Part shown: one piece after another, positions 31,534 to 32,000 of the stretch | Numbering within the stretch: the first letter of the stretch is position 1 | Layout of the letters: every line of letters starts with the position of its first letter | Source of the DNA: Mesoplasma florum L1 | GTDB lineage: Bacteria; Bacillota_I; Bacilli_A; Mycoplasmatales; Mycoplasmataceae | DNA length: 32,000 nucleotides | Assembly (NCBI RefSeq): GCF_000008305.1 | Contig: NC_006055.1 | Coordinates: 150,001-182,000 of the forward strand | Direction of reading: 5' to 3' | Notes under the pieces: model-generated | What the model saw: the letters and a program-made list of their open reading frames with translations, nothing else | Told to the model about the DNA's origin: nothing | The model's database searches: none | Program-made: the position numbers and the translations under genes

Positions 31534-32000
31534 ATGACTAAAGAACAAGCAAGCAAATTAATTAATGATTTACGATTAAAACTTAATGAATGAGCAAAAG
31601 AATATTATGTTTTAGATAACCCTAGTGTTGATGATGCTGAATATGACAAAACCATTCATCAACTTCTTGATCTTGAAAATCAATTCCCTGAATTAATAAC
31701 ATCTGATTCTATAACTCAAAAAGTTGGCGGAATTGTAAGTGATAAATTTGAAAAGCACACACATAAATATCCAATGTTAAGTCTTGGTGACATTTTTTCT
31801 TGAGATGAGTTCATTAACTTTAATAAACAAGTTGCAAAAGTTACAGGCACAGAAAACAATGAATATACTGCAGAACTAAAAATTGATGGATTATCAATAT
31901 CTTTAATTTATAAAGATGGTGTATTACAAAAAGGTGTGACTCGTGGTGATGGTAAAGTCGGTGAGAATGTTACAACAAATGTAAAAACAATTAAATCAAT
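31534..32000 (+). CDS. ligA: NAD-dependent DNA ligase LigA, 5' part only
   Basis: [54 protein letters not shown]...[16 protein letters not shown] (adenylation motif KxDG)...[12 protein letters not shown]. The gene runs off the window end. Confidence 0.92.

Noticed and set aside
1-32000. Search for CRISPR arrays, IS elements, transposases, integrases, phage genes, toxin-antitoxin pairs, tRNA or rRNA genes.
   Set aside because: I found no repeat-spacer periodicity, no long terminal inverted repeats, and no recombinase-like or toxin-like ORFs. No tRNA-like GTTCGAATC/T-arm sequences occur in any intergenic region. All sizeable ORFs are accounted for by the genes listed.

Overview
This is an AT-rich Mollicutes-type chromosome segment read with translation table 4 (UGA = Trp). 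The supplied ORF track uses the standard code, so it splits many real genes at in-frame TGA. I re-joined these by hand and found no in-frame TAA or TAG in any re-joined gene. Layout: (1) 1-12.3 kb is the distal part of the conserved S10-spc-alpha ribosomal supercluster: rpsS', rplV, rpsC, rplP, rpmC, rpsQ, rplN, rplX, rplE, rpsN, rpsH, rplF, rplR, rpsE, rplO, secY, cdd, adk, map, infA, rpmJ, rpsM, rpsK, rpoA, rplQ. There is no rpmD (L30), and cdd is inserted after secY. (2) 12.3-16.3 kb holds ecfA1-ecfA2-ecfT-truA, the Firmicute-type ECF energizing module. (3) 16.3-31.4 kb is an accessory block and the most interesting part. It contains two giant double-FtsX (MacB/type VII ABC-like) permeases of 1429 aa and 1814 aa. 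Each sits next to one member of a pair of paralogous exported proteins of about 830-846 aa; one has a lipobox Cys and the other has no Cys at all. No ATPase is encoded in the block. (4) ligA starts at 31.5 kb. I saw no rRNA, tRNA, CRISPR array, IS element or phage gene. All family assignments rest on manual translation and recognised motifs; no database search was possible.
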